DNA from: Pristiophorus japonicus
Lineage: Eukaryota
Direction: 5' to 3'
DNA length: 64,000 nucleotides
Assembly: GCF_044704955.1 (NCBI RefSeq)
Contig: NC_091993.1
Span: forward strand, 73,346,001 to 73,410,000
The translations under genes and the position numbers were made by a program. The notes beneath the pieces were generated by a model. It did not search any database and was not told the origin of the DNA. It was given only the letters and a program-made list of their open reading frames with translations. Position 1 is the stretch's first letter; each line of letters starts with the position of its first letter. Positions 26,380 to 38,988 of this stretch are shown here, piece after piece.

Positions 26380-26820
26380 GCTGCTGCAGGAGGGCGACGG
26401 CTGACTGCAGTGCGGGCAGGTACAGCAGGAGCGGCGAGGTCGGGGCGAAGGAGCGGCAAGAGTTCGGAGAGGGATGTGATCGGGGCCCAGGAGAGGAGAG
26501 AGTTCGGGGCCCAGAAGAGGCAGCACGGGCCAGCCCACACTGCGATATGTGTGCGCACTAGGTCCTTGCAGCAGAGCTGGTCTCCAGTCGTCTTGGTTAA
26601 CCCTTGTCACTGGACCAAGACCTAGCTCTGTCAATTCCGTGTGGTGGCTGGTGTGCAACGGCCACCACATGTTAAAAAAAATCCACGCACAGGCATCTTC
26701 CACCCTTCAAGATGGAGTTCGGGACTTGGAATATTAGGTCCTTCATTGAAACACCTGTGAACTCATCCCTTTTCGGCGTGGAAGCAAGTCATCCTCGATA
26801 TGAGGGACTGCCTATGATGA
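26380..26820 (+). mobile_element. RTE-dependent SINE-like copy
   Basis: Tail GAGGGACTGCCTATGATGA; 11-bp TSD TGATACATTTT / TGATATATTTT. Confidence 0.85.
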
Positions 26821-27914
26821 TGATATATTTTCAAATGTGTAACCTTTAGAAAGAAGAAAACAGCTTGCATTTTTATATAGAGCCTTTCACAACCCCAGGA
26901 CCTCCCAAAGCATTTTGCAGCCAATGAGCCATTGGTGGACCAAATCGCCTTTCATAACACATTTCTTTTACCCCTCTTCAAACGCTGATGATTTGGGGGC
27001 GATGTTGCTGCTCCCCCTCTCCCAGTCCTGAGGTTGGAGAGGAACCGTACCACCCAAGGGTGTTGCACTTGGCCAAGCCCAGGAGCGCTGGCATTTTCCG
27101 GCCAGTGTTGCCAACCCTCTTGCTTTGCTCGGGAATCTCCCGGAATGGGCAATTGACCTCCCGATCTCTGCTGTTGGCGACTCGGGAGAAACAGCCCCTG
27201 TGTGTGCAGTTCGCACATGCACAGCATCCTGGCTGTCATGGCTTGCACCTCGTTGTCTGGGCCCTGCAGGTCTCCCCAGCATTCGGAAACACAGCTTCCT
27301 TATCGGTTGTGAGGATGGCGGCTTTGGGGCCAACGAGAATCACCTGAGAACTCTGTCACTGGGACCATTCTTGTTAACCTGGAATTAAAAAATATGGGGC
27401 TGAAATTGGTCTTGGACAGTGGTACACAACTGCCAACAAAGATCCAAAAATCCAATGGTGATTTGTGAAAAGGGAAGTCGGGAGAGGTGGATAACGAATG
27501 ACCTAATTAAATTAATCTGTCAGTCCTGATTAAGGAACACAGATAGAGAACCAAGTGGGGGGAGGGAAGAGAGAAACCCAAAGGGTGGGGGGAGAGAAAA
27601 GAAACCCAGGTGGGGGGGGGGGAGAGAAAGCAAAACAGGGGAGAGAGAAACAAACCGCGGGGAGAGACCTATTTGTGGGAGCTTGCTGTGCGCAAATTGG
27701 CTGCCGTGTTTCCTACTTTACAACAGTGACTACACTTCGAAAATACTTAATCGGTCATAGAGCGATTTGGGATGTCCTGAGATTCCTGGGTATTCCCAGA
27801 GATGATGGTGAGAAAGAAATGTCCTTTTTCTGTCAGAAAATACAAAACAAGAACAGGCCATTCAGCCCATCAAACCTGTTTCTTCCACAAACCATGTACA
27901 GCCTAACCTATCAC

Positions 27915-30248
27915 CAGGGCCGGATTAACCCCTAGACTAATAAGACTGTAGCCTTAGGCCCTCATATTTTTAGGCCCATGACTTAATACACCGAGCAGAA
28001 TTGTTATCTGACCAAATCAATGTTTGAATATGTGAAGCCCAACCAATTGACTGGCAAATGAGAATGGCTCATCTATTCACCTTCTGCAACAAAAGCGTAC
28101 TGTTTTTATTGTTGCTTGTTTTCTGAAGGCAATAAATGTGTCATTTCTGTGGAGGTTTCAATGATTGGAATAATACAGCATATAGAGATACTCAAGCAAT
28201 GAGTGAGCAGCATACATTGTCAGTGGGTACGTAACCATGCCCGAAAGGAAGTCAGCGGCAGAATTGATTCTCAAGTGGAAATACAGTTTTTGGGAAGCTC
28301 GATTGTATTGAAAGAATGTCCTGAGATGTGTAACTGCTTTCCTTGCTGAGCCTGGTCGGCCATTCCGTAGCTCGGATGAGACTATTAGATTAAAATACAA
28401 TGGCAATCTTGGCATTCTGGAACTGATTGCTAAATTCGATCCTTTCTTGGCTCAGCACCTCAATGAGCATGGAAATCATGGAAAAGGCCACACATCATAT
28501 TTATCAAAGACAATTTCTGATGAATTCATTGCACTGCTGACAAAGAAGACCCGATCAACAATTGTTGATGAGATCAAGGATGCAAGGTATTTTTCAGGGT
28601 CTGCAGACTCAACACCAGATGTGTCACACACAGATCAGCTCTCAGTCACCTTGTGTTACGTGCGACCCAGCGGACCAGTGAATGTTTCATGACCTTCATA
28701 AGCATCACTAGCCCACATAGGGGAGAAACTTGCCTCATACCTACTTGACTTTCTCACCGAAAATGGTATTCACTTCAGTCTTTGTCGTGGCCAAAGCGAC
28801 GATAATGCCTCCAATATGAATGGTGAATATTCAGGGATGCAGGCAAAGATAAAAGAGCACAGCGCTTGGTTGATTACATACCATGCACAGCACACTCGCT
28901 AAATCTTGTTGGCCAGTCTGCTGCGGGCTGTTGCATTGAAGCAGTTTCATTTTTTGGATTTGTCCAAGAATTATATAATTTTTTCACTGCCATCAACTAG
29001 CCGTTGGAAGCTTCTTACAGATTCACTACCGAAGAGATGTCGAGTGCCCAAATCACTCTCCGGGACACAGTGGAGAGCCAATGCTGCAGCTGTGAAGGCA
29101 TTCATTGTGGGATATTGCAACATCCTCGAGTCCCGAGAGAGAATCAAAGATGATGAATCTCAAAAGCCAACAACAAGAAAAGATGCAAAGATGCTGAGTG
29201 ATGCAATGCATAACTTGGAGACTGGTATTTTGTGTGAAGTCTGGAGTGATATACGTCAACCATTCAACAGATGCAGTCTAAGTTTGCAAATTGACCTTTC
29301 CACTGCTGTAAACTTACTGAGGAATCTTGGAACTGCTCTTCAACAAATGCGGAACAGTTTCGATGAGTACGAGGCTCAGGGGGTTGCAGGAACAGCGAAC
29401 CAGGAGTATAAATCAGCCAAATGTCGCAAAAGACAAAAGACAACAACTTCACACACATTCAGCGACAAGGAAGCCTTTAGAGCTGATACATTCCTCACAA
29501 TCATTGACAAACCTGAAGAGTGCGTTAGAATATCGAATCAAGGCCTATGCCGATATTGACAGGACCTTTAGTGTCCTGGAAAATTGTTCATATAATATGT
29601 CAAGCTCCCAAGTCAGTGAAGGTATCAGACGCTTAGTCAGAAATATCCAGATGATCTCCCAGTAGATTTTACTAAAGAATTTCTCCAATTTGTTGAATTT
29701 TCAACCTTCTCAAATATGGAAAGGAAAGAGGATGAGAGTAGGTCTATTTGGATGTACCGTGTAACCCAATGTGATGGAATGTTTCCCAAATGTAGAAACT
29801 ACATTACGGCTGTAATTGTAGTGCAGAACGTTCCTTCTCTCTTCTCAAAAGGATAAAAAATGTCATACGGTCAACCATGAATCAGGAGCATCTTGCTGCT
29901 TTGTCTCTTTTGAGCAATGAGAGTGAAATTGTCAGGTCTTTAAATTTTGATGATATTATTCTTGACTTTGCCACAGCTAAGGCCAGGAATGTAGCAGTCT
30001 TTGTTTGACGAAACATATTCAGAATGTTTTTTGTTTCATATCACAGTTTAAAGCCAGGAAGAAACCATTCTCTATGAATTGTGTGCTGTTTTTTAATGTA
30101 CATAGCTTTGATTTTTGTTAGTTAAATTTGGATAAATATACAATTATATTTGCTTGATGATTTTATGAATTGTATGCAATATATAGTACATATATAGGCC
30201 CTTCCCTCCTATTAGCCTTAGGCCCCTCACAGCCTTAATCTGACTCTG
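27915..30248 (+). mobile_element. Decayed hAT transposon (ZMYM1-like/Tip100-type transposase pseudogene)
   Basis: TIRs CAGGGCCGGATTAA / TTAATCTGACTCTG. 8-bp TSD CCTATCAC / CCTGTCAC. Fragments SYLSKTISDEFI, YFSGSADSTPDVSHTDQL, DNASNM, C..HSLNL, AERSFS. Confidence 0.9.
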
Positions 30249-32780
30249 CCTGTCACGGACTCCACTAACCCATTTAATATCCCGAAATTCCAAGGGTAAT
30301 CAAATAAAACTTCAGTATTACACTCCATTTGTAATGACAACTACTTTTATGAAACAAAAATAGACTGAACTAAAGAATACTCCATACATTTTGAGAAAAA
30401 AAATCAGTTTTACTTTTTTCATGTTTTATACTCATACAGTCATTACTTACATCCATGTTCTTGGTCGACAGGGCAATAACATCCTTTTAGCACAACACTG
30501 CTATGACAAATCCCTTGTAGGGATCACCTTTGAACCAACGCGAGAGTCCATTGTCTCAGGTTGGCACCAGTCCAAAATGCCAAACCACAGCCCTCAGGTT
30601 TAGATGTTCCCGCCTCTTTAAGAGAATGTAATTTTTCACATTCACTCCAAGCGCTCGGCAGCTGACAGTTTGCTGGAGTCAACTATTTTGGAATGGCAAA
30701 TGGCACTCTATTTAATTTTGTTTGAATGTTGCTTTTTTTTTTCTTCCGTCTCTCAACCTAAATTGAAGACAAATTGAAAATGATATTCCTCGACATGATG
30801 GGCAAGTTTGAAGGATTCTTACCACGCATGGTCTTTTACAGAGTGATTCGGTACTCCACAGTATCAGGGTTGCAAGGAAGGCACTAAGTAGGCGTACGAT
30901 GACTATATATCGCAATACCTGAGGTACAGAGGGTGATTTCAGTGGTTGGAAAATTGTGATCCAATAATTTTGAAACTGTGTTCTTTTCCAGTGGGGAACG
31001 GAATCTCTCTGTGTCATTCAGATCTGACAAACACCCATACCGTTACAGTGCTGGTTCTCTCTCCTTTACATAGCCTTGCGTGCATGAAAACCTGAATTAT
31101 TCTCCCAAATCTATTTTCAACTGCTGGCTGTTCTTTACATTATATTCAAAACCCTATTACCAGCTGGCTTGCTTTGCAATGTAATAAGGGGACCGGTTCA
31201 AAGGGGTTCTATGGCTTACTCCTGTTCTTATAGAAAGGCTGGAGCAAGTAAGGGCTATCAAGCCAGCTCAAAATTTAACATTAACCCATCCTTCCTACCC
31301 ACCCCCCACACCCCTGAGACCTGTTGGTCCATATAAGCATTGGATGTTAGGAACCCACCAGCGTTTCTTGTATCTAGCACGACGTCATCTCATATTTTGC
31401 ATCCTGTTATAAAATGTCAGTCTAAATATTAGACACACCTCACCAGGGACGGATTAAAGTGTGTGCAGATGGGCAGTCGCCCGGGGCCCAAGCCTAGAGT
31501 GGGGCCCATACAGGCTCGGATTAAGTGTAAGGGTAAAACAGTATTGATATAAGTGACGTAGTAAGAGCAGAGCGAAGCCGTGAGGGCTCAGGTGCATGTT
31601 ATTCTTGACGATGTAAACAGACTCTAGATGCCCTTTTTCTAGAGATGCATTCTACACACAAATCGGGGGCAAACTAAAGGAAAGAGCACCAGCGACTCGA
31701 GGAGCAAGAGACGAGAAGTAGCTAAACTGCTTAAATTAGATCATTTTTTCCAACTAAAAACTCAAGATCATGAAGACGCCACTGTGCAGTGAACTTCAAC
31801 AATGAAACCACTAGTGGCATCGGAGCCGGAGTTGGTCGAGTTGGAGCTCCAAGTCCAAAAAGTTGAAGAAGATGAAAACCAACTGGCACATACTGAGCTG
31901 AAAGAGGCGCAATTTCCGAATGACATTGGGCTGTGCGGAGACAATATCTCAAAAGACATGCAAAGCCATTGGCAAAAAGTAATGAGGACTGCCGAAACTG
32001 TGATAAAGACTTCCAAAACTCCGGCATGATTCATGCCAAGGAAGGATGTCGATACTGCTCGAAGTCCTTCTTTACACGTGTGCACCCGCTGACAGGGGAA
32101 TGTGTGGAGCCAACGTGGCTCTGTTATTTACCTTCAAACGGTAGAGTATACTGCTTTGCTTGCAAGGTCACAGCTTAACCAAGTAGCCACTTTACTCATG
32201 GGTTTAGTGACTGGAAGCGTGGAGATGAGAAGGTTTCATCTCACGAAAACATCCACCAGCTTAGAGAATCCACGGTAGTAATGTGCACTAAACAAGCAGG
32301 CACTGGTTGTGTGGATGGTCATATTGTCTTCCAGTTTGTAAATGAACGGCAGTACTGGCACAAGGTGTTAGAGCGGGCTGTCTGTGTGATAACGTTTCTC
32401 TGTGAACGAGGTCTTTCATTACAAGGCAGAGATGAAATTGTAGGGTCTCCAATAGTGGTAATTATCTGGGTGTGTTGGAGGTTCTCACAAACTACAATGC
32501 ATTTCTTGCTGAACACATCAAACCGTTCGCCAACAAAGGCAAGGGGCATACTTCATACTTGTCTTCCACCATTTGTGAAGAACTGATTAGACTGATGGGT
32601 GGCAAAATACTTGAGATGATTATCCAGGAATTTAAATCAGCGAAGTTCAATTCAATATCTGTTGATTCAATGCCAGATGTCACACACTCAGATCAGCTGA
32701 CATTTGTCATCCGTTATGTTCTACCGACTGGTCCTGAGGAAAGGTTCCTGAGGTTCTTGCCAATAATTGGTCGTACTGGA

Positions 32781-33000
32781 TGTGATATATTCACAGAGCA
32801 CAGCACACATAGCTCCTAACATGGCAGTGTAATGTCTGTAAGCTTGTAATGTTTGTAGCTCCACACTGTGGATGTGGACATATTGTGTACTGCAACTGCA
32901 TAGTTAATAATAAACAGAACCAGGCAGATTTCCGGAGGCTTCTAAGAGAGCTGCCTGCCATGTTAGGAGCTGTGTGTGCTGTGCTATGGAATATATCACA
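32781..33000 (+). mobile_element. Gypsy solo LTR (32828-33000) preceded by an inverted copy of its own U5 end
   Basis: Closely matches LTR 25475-25646. Perfect TSD CTGGA at 32776-32780 and 33001-33005. Confidence 0.9.
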
Positions 33001-33397
33001 CTGGACAAGAAATAGCAGAAATAATACTGGCCTTTCTGGATGAGAACAGAAGCAAAATACAAAATTGTCATGGACAATCTTATGATAATGCTTCGAATAT
33101 GAGTGGGAAATACATTGGTGTCCAAACTATCATCAAAGAGCAATGCCCATATGCGACATTTATACCATGCGCAGTGCACTCAATCAATCTTGTGAGGAAA
33201 AACAGTGCCGAATGCAGCTATCAGATTTTTTGACATTGTACAAAGGTTGTACACTTTTCTCTTCTCTCTACATCGATGCATCGCTGGTGACTGCTTTATG
33301 AAAAACTAAAGTCTGTCGTCAAGCAGCTTTCTGCTACTTGATGGTCAGCAAGGTATGAAGCAGTGTCAGCCCTGCTCAAAGATTGCACTCACATATG

Positions 33398-34329
33398 CAA
33401 AAGGATGCGTTTATTTGTACTAACTGAATGGCAGCCATTTCTCTGATTGGCTCGCCATTATCACATGACCTATTACTGATTGGTTCCCTTGGAGGATAAG
33501 CCACACCCTGACATTCCCCTGGAATGTGTAACTGGAACCACCCAGCTCAGTTCTGACTGACTTTCCCATTCATAATTCGATTAATTTTGACTTCAGAAAC
33601 CACAGAGGATAGATCTCCCCAAAAACCACCAAGTTCCAGCCAAAGACCCTTACCCCAGCGCAAGTGCTGCCTCCCACAGCCGCAGTCCATGACCCCAGCA
33701 TGTGCATCTCTCCGCAGCCGAAGTCCCTTACAACCACCGCCTCCCCCACCGCCATAGATGGGGCATTATGTGTGGATTGTTAACAGGTTTATTGGGTATG
33801 AAGTGAATAATGACAGTGTTGCAACGTCTGGATTTCATCCACCCCAACGATGTCCCTTGTAACACATACACCAAGCTTGCATGCACCAGGGGGTTGGAAG
33901 AATGTGATCCATCTTCCCTGAGTTCCGTCTCCCTTCCGGTCCTTCCCACTCTGTCTCTCTCGTCCTCCCTCAGGCTCTCTTTCTCCTTGCTCCAACCCCC
34001 CCCTCCCCAACCTCTCTCTCACCCTCACCCCCCGCCCCCAAGCTCTCTCTCCCCCCCCAAGCTCTCTCTCCCGCCACCCTGCAAAGCTCTCTCTCTCCCA
34101 CCCGCCAAGCTCTTTCTCCCCGCGCACCCCCCTCGCTGAGCTCTCTCTCTTCCCCCCCCACACAGACTCACTCTCTCTCCCACCTGCCCCCACCAAGCTC
34201 TCTCTCTCACCCTCCAGCTCTCTCTCTCTCCCCCCCGCCCCAGGCTCTCCTTCTTTCTCTGCGCCCCCCCCCCAAGCTCTCTCTCTACCAACCCTCCAAG
34301 CTCTCTCCTCCACCGCGCCACCCCCCCAA

Positions 34330-34361
<32 letters not shown>

Positions 34362-34720
34362 CCTCTATCTTCCCCCCCACCCCCAGCCAAGCTCTCTCTT
34401 TCACTCCCCTCGCCAAACTCTCTCTCCCCCACCCACCCCACCTAACACTCTCTCTTTCTCTCTTTCTCTTTCTCCCTGCCCCCTCCCCCCAGTCTCTCTC
34501 TCTCCCCCGCCCAAGCTCTCTCTCTCCGCCCCCCTCCCCAGGCTCTCTCTCTCTCTCCCCAGGCTCTCTCACTCTCTGCATCCCCCAGGCTCTCTCTCTC
34601 TCTTTCCCCCCTCTCTCCTCCCCTTCAAGCTCTCTCTTCCACCCCCCCCCAGGCTCTCACTCTCTCCCACCCGCACCCCCCCAAGCTCGCCCTCTCTCAA
34701 CCCGCCCCCCCTCCCCCAGG
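33398..34720. repeat. Unclassified insertion in hAT: double-CCAAT core plus CT-rich microsatellite block
   Basis: Interrupts the transposase. CTGATTGG twice. (CT)n/CCAAGCTCTCTC repeats at 33950-34720. Homologous to 7663-8238 in opposite orientation. Confidence 0.6.
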
Positions 34721-36239
34721 CAAACTGGGCGAACTGGATTCAGCTATTCTCATTGTTATTTTGGAACACATTCTTGAAGTGCTTTCACCTGACCAATCTC
34801 TCGCTTCAAGAGATCGGCTTGAATCTAAATGTCATAGTGTCCTTACTCGAGTCCCTTGTTAATGTTGTCAAGACCCAGCAGGCAGAGTTTAAGGACTTCG
34901 AAGACCTAGGGATTAAGCTGTGTAACTACGAGTACAATTCAGCTCAGAGGCAGGTCCGGGTATGCAACCGCCGCTATGACGATAGAGTTGCTGAAAAAAC
35001 TGTGCTGTCACCCAAGGAGAAATTCAAAACTGAAGTGTTCCTTGTCATCATTGACCAACTAATCAGTACCTTGAAACACCACCGTGAAGCATACAAGGAA
35101 ATCAACTGTAAGTTTGGATTCCTGTCCAAGCTAGCCACTCTCTCGACTCATGACATCAAGCAAACCGCAGCAAATCTTGCCCGCTCCTATCCCAAAGATC
35201 TGGAACCTATGATTGAAAGTGAATTCATCCAGTTTTCTAGCTTGGTGGCATCCTCAACAGAGCTTCAAACCTCAATTTGTGTCAAACAAACCAAGTCAGC
35301 AGAGCTGAGAATGTACCAATTCCTCCATACACACACCCTCACCCAAACCTATTCTAACATTTAAATAGTTCTTTGGATATATCTGTCGATGATGGTATCA
35401 AATTGCAGTGGTGAGCGGTCCTTCTCGAATCTAAAATGCATCAAGGATGAGGTCAGGAACCGAATGGGACACGATCAACTTAATAGTCTTTCAATCATGA
35501 GCATCGAGAGCGAAGGACTGAGAGGACTTGACTCGAAAATCATTGACGAGTTTAGCCGACAAAAATCTAGGAAAAGACCAATATAATGTTATACTTGTAG
35601 TTGCCTCAGTGGAGAAAATGTAATGCAAATGACAAATGATGGTCTTCCGTCTTGCGCTGTCTTGTTCTAAATTGTTGTCATTGTCGCTTTAGTTTTAAAA
35701 TGTACGGATTTTGTTTTATTAAAGCATTATTGTTTACTGTATGTACAGGGTTCCATCAAGGTATTGGTTTGATTGTTTGGAAACATAATAAAATATTAAA
35801 TGAGTGTCGTCATAGTATCAATGAGAACATAACCTGAGATGTAGACCTGACTTGACCTTGACCTGATGCATACACAGTATAGTGCCCTGTGACTTGGCTC
35901 ATTAATGTCATATACTGCAGGATGTGAATGGGAGAAGGGGGCCCATGGCCAGGGTACTGCCCGGGGCCCGAGGCACCCTTAACCCATCCCTGCACCTTAC
36001 CACTTACAGCGATCCCAGAAGCGGAGTTTGGTGGCTACGAGCCAATAGACTTCTTGCCTCATTTTCTTCCTCCATTCTCTCCGAGGTTGGGCCTGTTTAT
36101 TGGTGTAATGAATGAGGAAAGTCAGGCCCAGGACTTCTATCTGGAGGGATTTCTCAGTAGCCTGGTTTGAAGAATCTAAAACACAATGATGGGTTCCCAA
36201 TTGTGACAAGAAAATGACTACATCACCATAATAAAAATA

Positions 36240-36680
36240 AAGTACTTGCATTTATATAGCGCCTTTCACATCCTCAAGGCATCCCAAAGCGCTTTACCAC
36301 CAATAAAGTACTTTTGAAGTGTAGTCACTGCTGTAATGTGGGAAAAGCGTCAGCTAAATTGTGCACAGCAAGCTCCCACAAACATCAATGTGATAATACC
36401 CAGATAATTTGTTTTAATGATGTTGGTTGTGGGATACATATTGGCCAGGACACTGGGGAGAAGTCAGTGGCACTTGCAACTCTGAGACAGAAGGTTGTGA
36501 GTTCAAATCCCACTCCAGAAACTGGAGCGCAAATTCCAGTCTGACAATTCCGGCGCAGTGCTGAGAGAGTGCTGCACTGTCGAAGGTGCTTTCTTTTGGA
36601 TGAGACTTTAAACCGAGGCCCAGTCTGTCCTCTCAGGTGGACGTCAAAGATCCCATGGAGCTATTTCGAAGAAGAATAGG
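36240..36680. mobile_element. Deu-domain SINE with inverted 5' half
   Basis: 36240-36462 is the 3' half on minus; 36463-36680 is the 5' half on plus. Confidence 0.8.
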
Positions 36681-37108
36681 ACCAAAAGCACAATGGGAAG
36701 CAATGATGTCAACCCGAAGATGTTTATAAAGGTTACTACACCAATTTTGATCAAAAGTTGGGAGTCTATAATCCTGGGCACGGAAATTGGCTCACAATAG
36801 AGTTGGGCAGCCAGGTGTTGCAAAGGTACATGCTACAAAGACTAATAAGAGGCTATGTTTCGGAGCAGGGTTCTGTGTATTGTTTGGAAGAATTGATTCG
36901 GACAGGCCGGCTGAAGGAAAACAAATCAACTCCACACAGGGACGTCAATTCAGCTCACGAGAACGCTGACGGAAAGCTAGGCAGATACAGCTGGAAACAG
37001 CTTTTGTTCAGTTTGTAAATGTAATTTGATCTCATTCTTCCACCTCCAGGGCTGTTGGGCTCTCAGACAAGAGGACAACTTCCTTCATTGAATCAACTCC
37101 GAAATATA

Positions 37109-37213
37109 GGACGGGAAACTCCTCACAGCCGCTCTGGTCTGCCGGCGTTACTTCACCTCAAGTGAAATAACGGCGGTGGAGGGGGAGCTGTTCCCAGGAG
37201 TTTTCCCCTGGCC
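37109..37213. mobile_element. ~105-bp palindromic mini-MITE
   Basis: GGGAAACTCCT...AGGAGTTTTCCC outer arms; inner stem CGTTACTTCAC / GTGAAATAACG. Confidence 0.55.
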
Positions 37214-37625
37214 ACAGGACAATAGTTTTATATAAAAAGTCCCAACATGTTTTACTCCCCCTTCCAATTTTTCTCCCCTCCCATCTGAACCCAGTGAATC
37301 ATAGTACAGTTTCCTGGGCCAAGTGGCCCTCTGGTACCCTGTACCAATATCACTGGGACAGGATGTAAGAACAGCTGGACATGGAAATTCAAATATCACT
37401 GAAACACGGCGCTCCTCTGAGATGGGTGTCCGATTACCCAAGTCGCAATCGACACTAAATTGATTGCAGCATTCAAACAGATACTGGATAACGAACTCAA
37501 GAAAAATAATTTGAAAGGAAACGGGGAATTTGAGGAAAATGGGACTGTGTAAAATCAGCCTCCAAGAGCAGCCGAAACAGAGCCCTGGCAAAAAAGTGAC
37601 CGAATGCTCCAAACAAAAAAATATT

Positions 37626-38231
37626 GGGGGGAAAATCGCGGTCAGAGGCTTCCTTCGGATGAACACCTACTCCCAAAAAAAATCTCCAAAAATACCTGGT
37701 GGTCCTAAAGGAACGTAGGATTCCGGTCGGAGGCCTCCATTCGCTATGCAGCATGCGGGAACATGTCCTCCAGATATGTATTCATATCCTGGAATCACAT
37801 GGGCCTGTACCACCAATGACAATGTACTATTTTCATTGATAATAATAGGAGTTCTGTTTTTACAATGGGAGCTCCCATTACTATCAATGAGAATACCTCC
37901 CTAAAACAAGAAACACAACACAATAAATAAAAACACTTCACATATTTAAATTTAATGGAAATTGAATGTAATTAAATGTTTTAGAAAAAAAAATTATTAC
38001 AATTTTAAAAAAAAATGTGTTTTAATAGGGTTAAAAATAAACTTACCTTAATGGACAGGGTTTTTAATATAAAAGTGAGTGATTCAATTTAATTTTTCTA
38101 TTTTTTAAAACTGTTGCGCTGATAAAAGTATGCTATGAGAGTTTGAAGGACATTCGCTGGGCAAGAGTTGGGCAAATAGCGGCAAGTACTGGCATTTGTG
38201 AGTCCTCGCTGGGTGCCACAATTTTCAGCCC
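37626..38231. mobile_element. Harbinger-type MITE
   Basis: TIRs GGGGGGAAAATCG / CAATTTTCAGCCC, TSD ATT. Body is homologous to the 51156 and 56299 copies. Confidence 0.8.
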
Positions 38232-38526
38232 ATTATGTCCAAATTAGTATGACACTGGGTGGTCACCCCAATCAGGGCAACCTACGATTATATTATGATG
38301 TTGTCACTGAAAGAACAGCATCAAAAGAGGCATAAATAGAAATGGGGAAGGGAACTCCCTTCTTTATTGCCCGGATGTTGCAGTTAGTGGCAAATTGATG
38401 GTATTTGCTGCTGAACTTGAAGGTAGCTGCCTGCAAAGAACTAGCAATCTCTGTGATGTGGATTTCATTGAATCGCAGAGCAGGCTCGAAAAGCCATACG
38501 GCCTACTCCTGCACCTATTTCTTATG

Positions 38527-38988
38527 GAGTGTCAGCTGTGGCTCAGTGGGTACCACTCTTGCCTCTGAGCCAGGAGGTTGTGGATTCAAGTCACATTTCA
38601 GGGATTTGAGCACAAAAAAAATCTAGGCTGACACTCCAGTGCAGTACTGAGGAAGTGCTATACTGTCAGAGTTGCTGTCTTTTGGATGAGATGGTAAACT
38701 GAGGCCCCGTCTGCTCCCTCAAGTGGACGTAAATTATCCTATGGCACTATTTCAAAGAAGAGCAGCGGAGTTATTTATCCCTTAACCAACATAGCAAAAA
38801 ATACAGATGATCTGGTCATTATCTCATTGCTATTTGTGGGAGCTTGCTGTGTGCAAATTGGCTGCCGCATTTCCTATATTACAACAGTGACTACACTTCA
38901 AAAATACTTCATTGGTTGTAAAATGCTTTGAGACGTCCGGTGATCGTGAAAGACGCTATATAAATCCAAGTCTTTCTTTCTTTCTTTT
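38527..38988 (+). mobile_element. Near full-length tRNA-headed Deu-domain SINE (SacSINE1/AmnSINE1-like)
   Basis: A-box TGGCTCAGTGG, B-box-like GATTCAAGTC, Deu core, tail GCTATATAAATCCAAG(TCTT)n. Confidence 0.85.

Larger units (their letters stand above)
31444..35992 (+). mobile_element. Second decayed hAT transposon with two nested insertions
   Basis: TIRs CAGGGACGGATTAA / TTAACCCATCCCTG. 8-bp TSD CACCTCAC / CACCTTAC. Fragments VYCFAC, SISVDSMPDVTHSDQL, QSYDNASNMSG, PCAVHSINLV, NCSGERSFSNLK. Confidence 0.9.

Noticed and set aside
30451-30623. Minus-strand coding exon ending GAT|GTAAGT
   Set aside because: Stops in all three frames from the best acceptor.
33789-34581. Arg/Glu/Gly-rich ORFs
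   Set aside because: Translations of the CT/GA microsatellite block.
28447-35586. Domesticated ZMYM1/ZBED-like host gene
   Set aside because: Bounded by TIRs and TSDs and riddled with stops, frameshifts and insertions.
38527-38600. tRNA gene
   Set aside because: SINE head contiguous with the Deu body; no complete cloverleaf.
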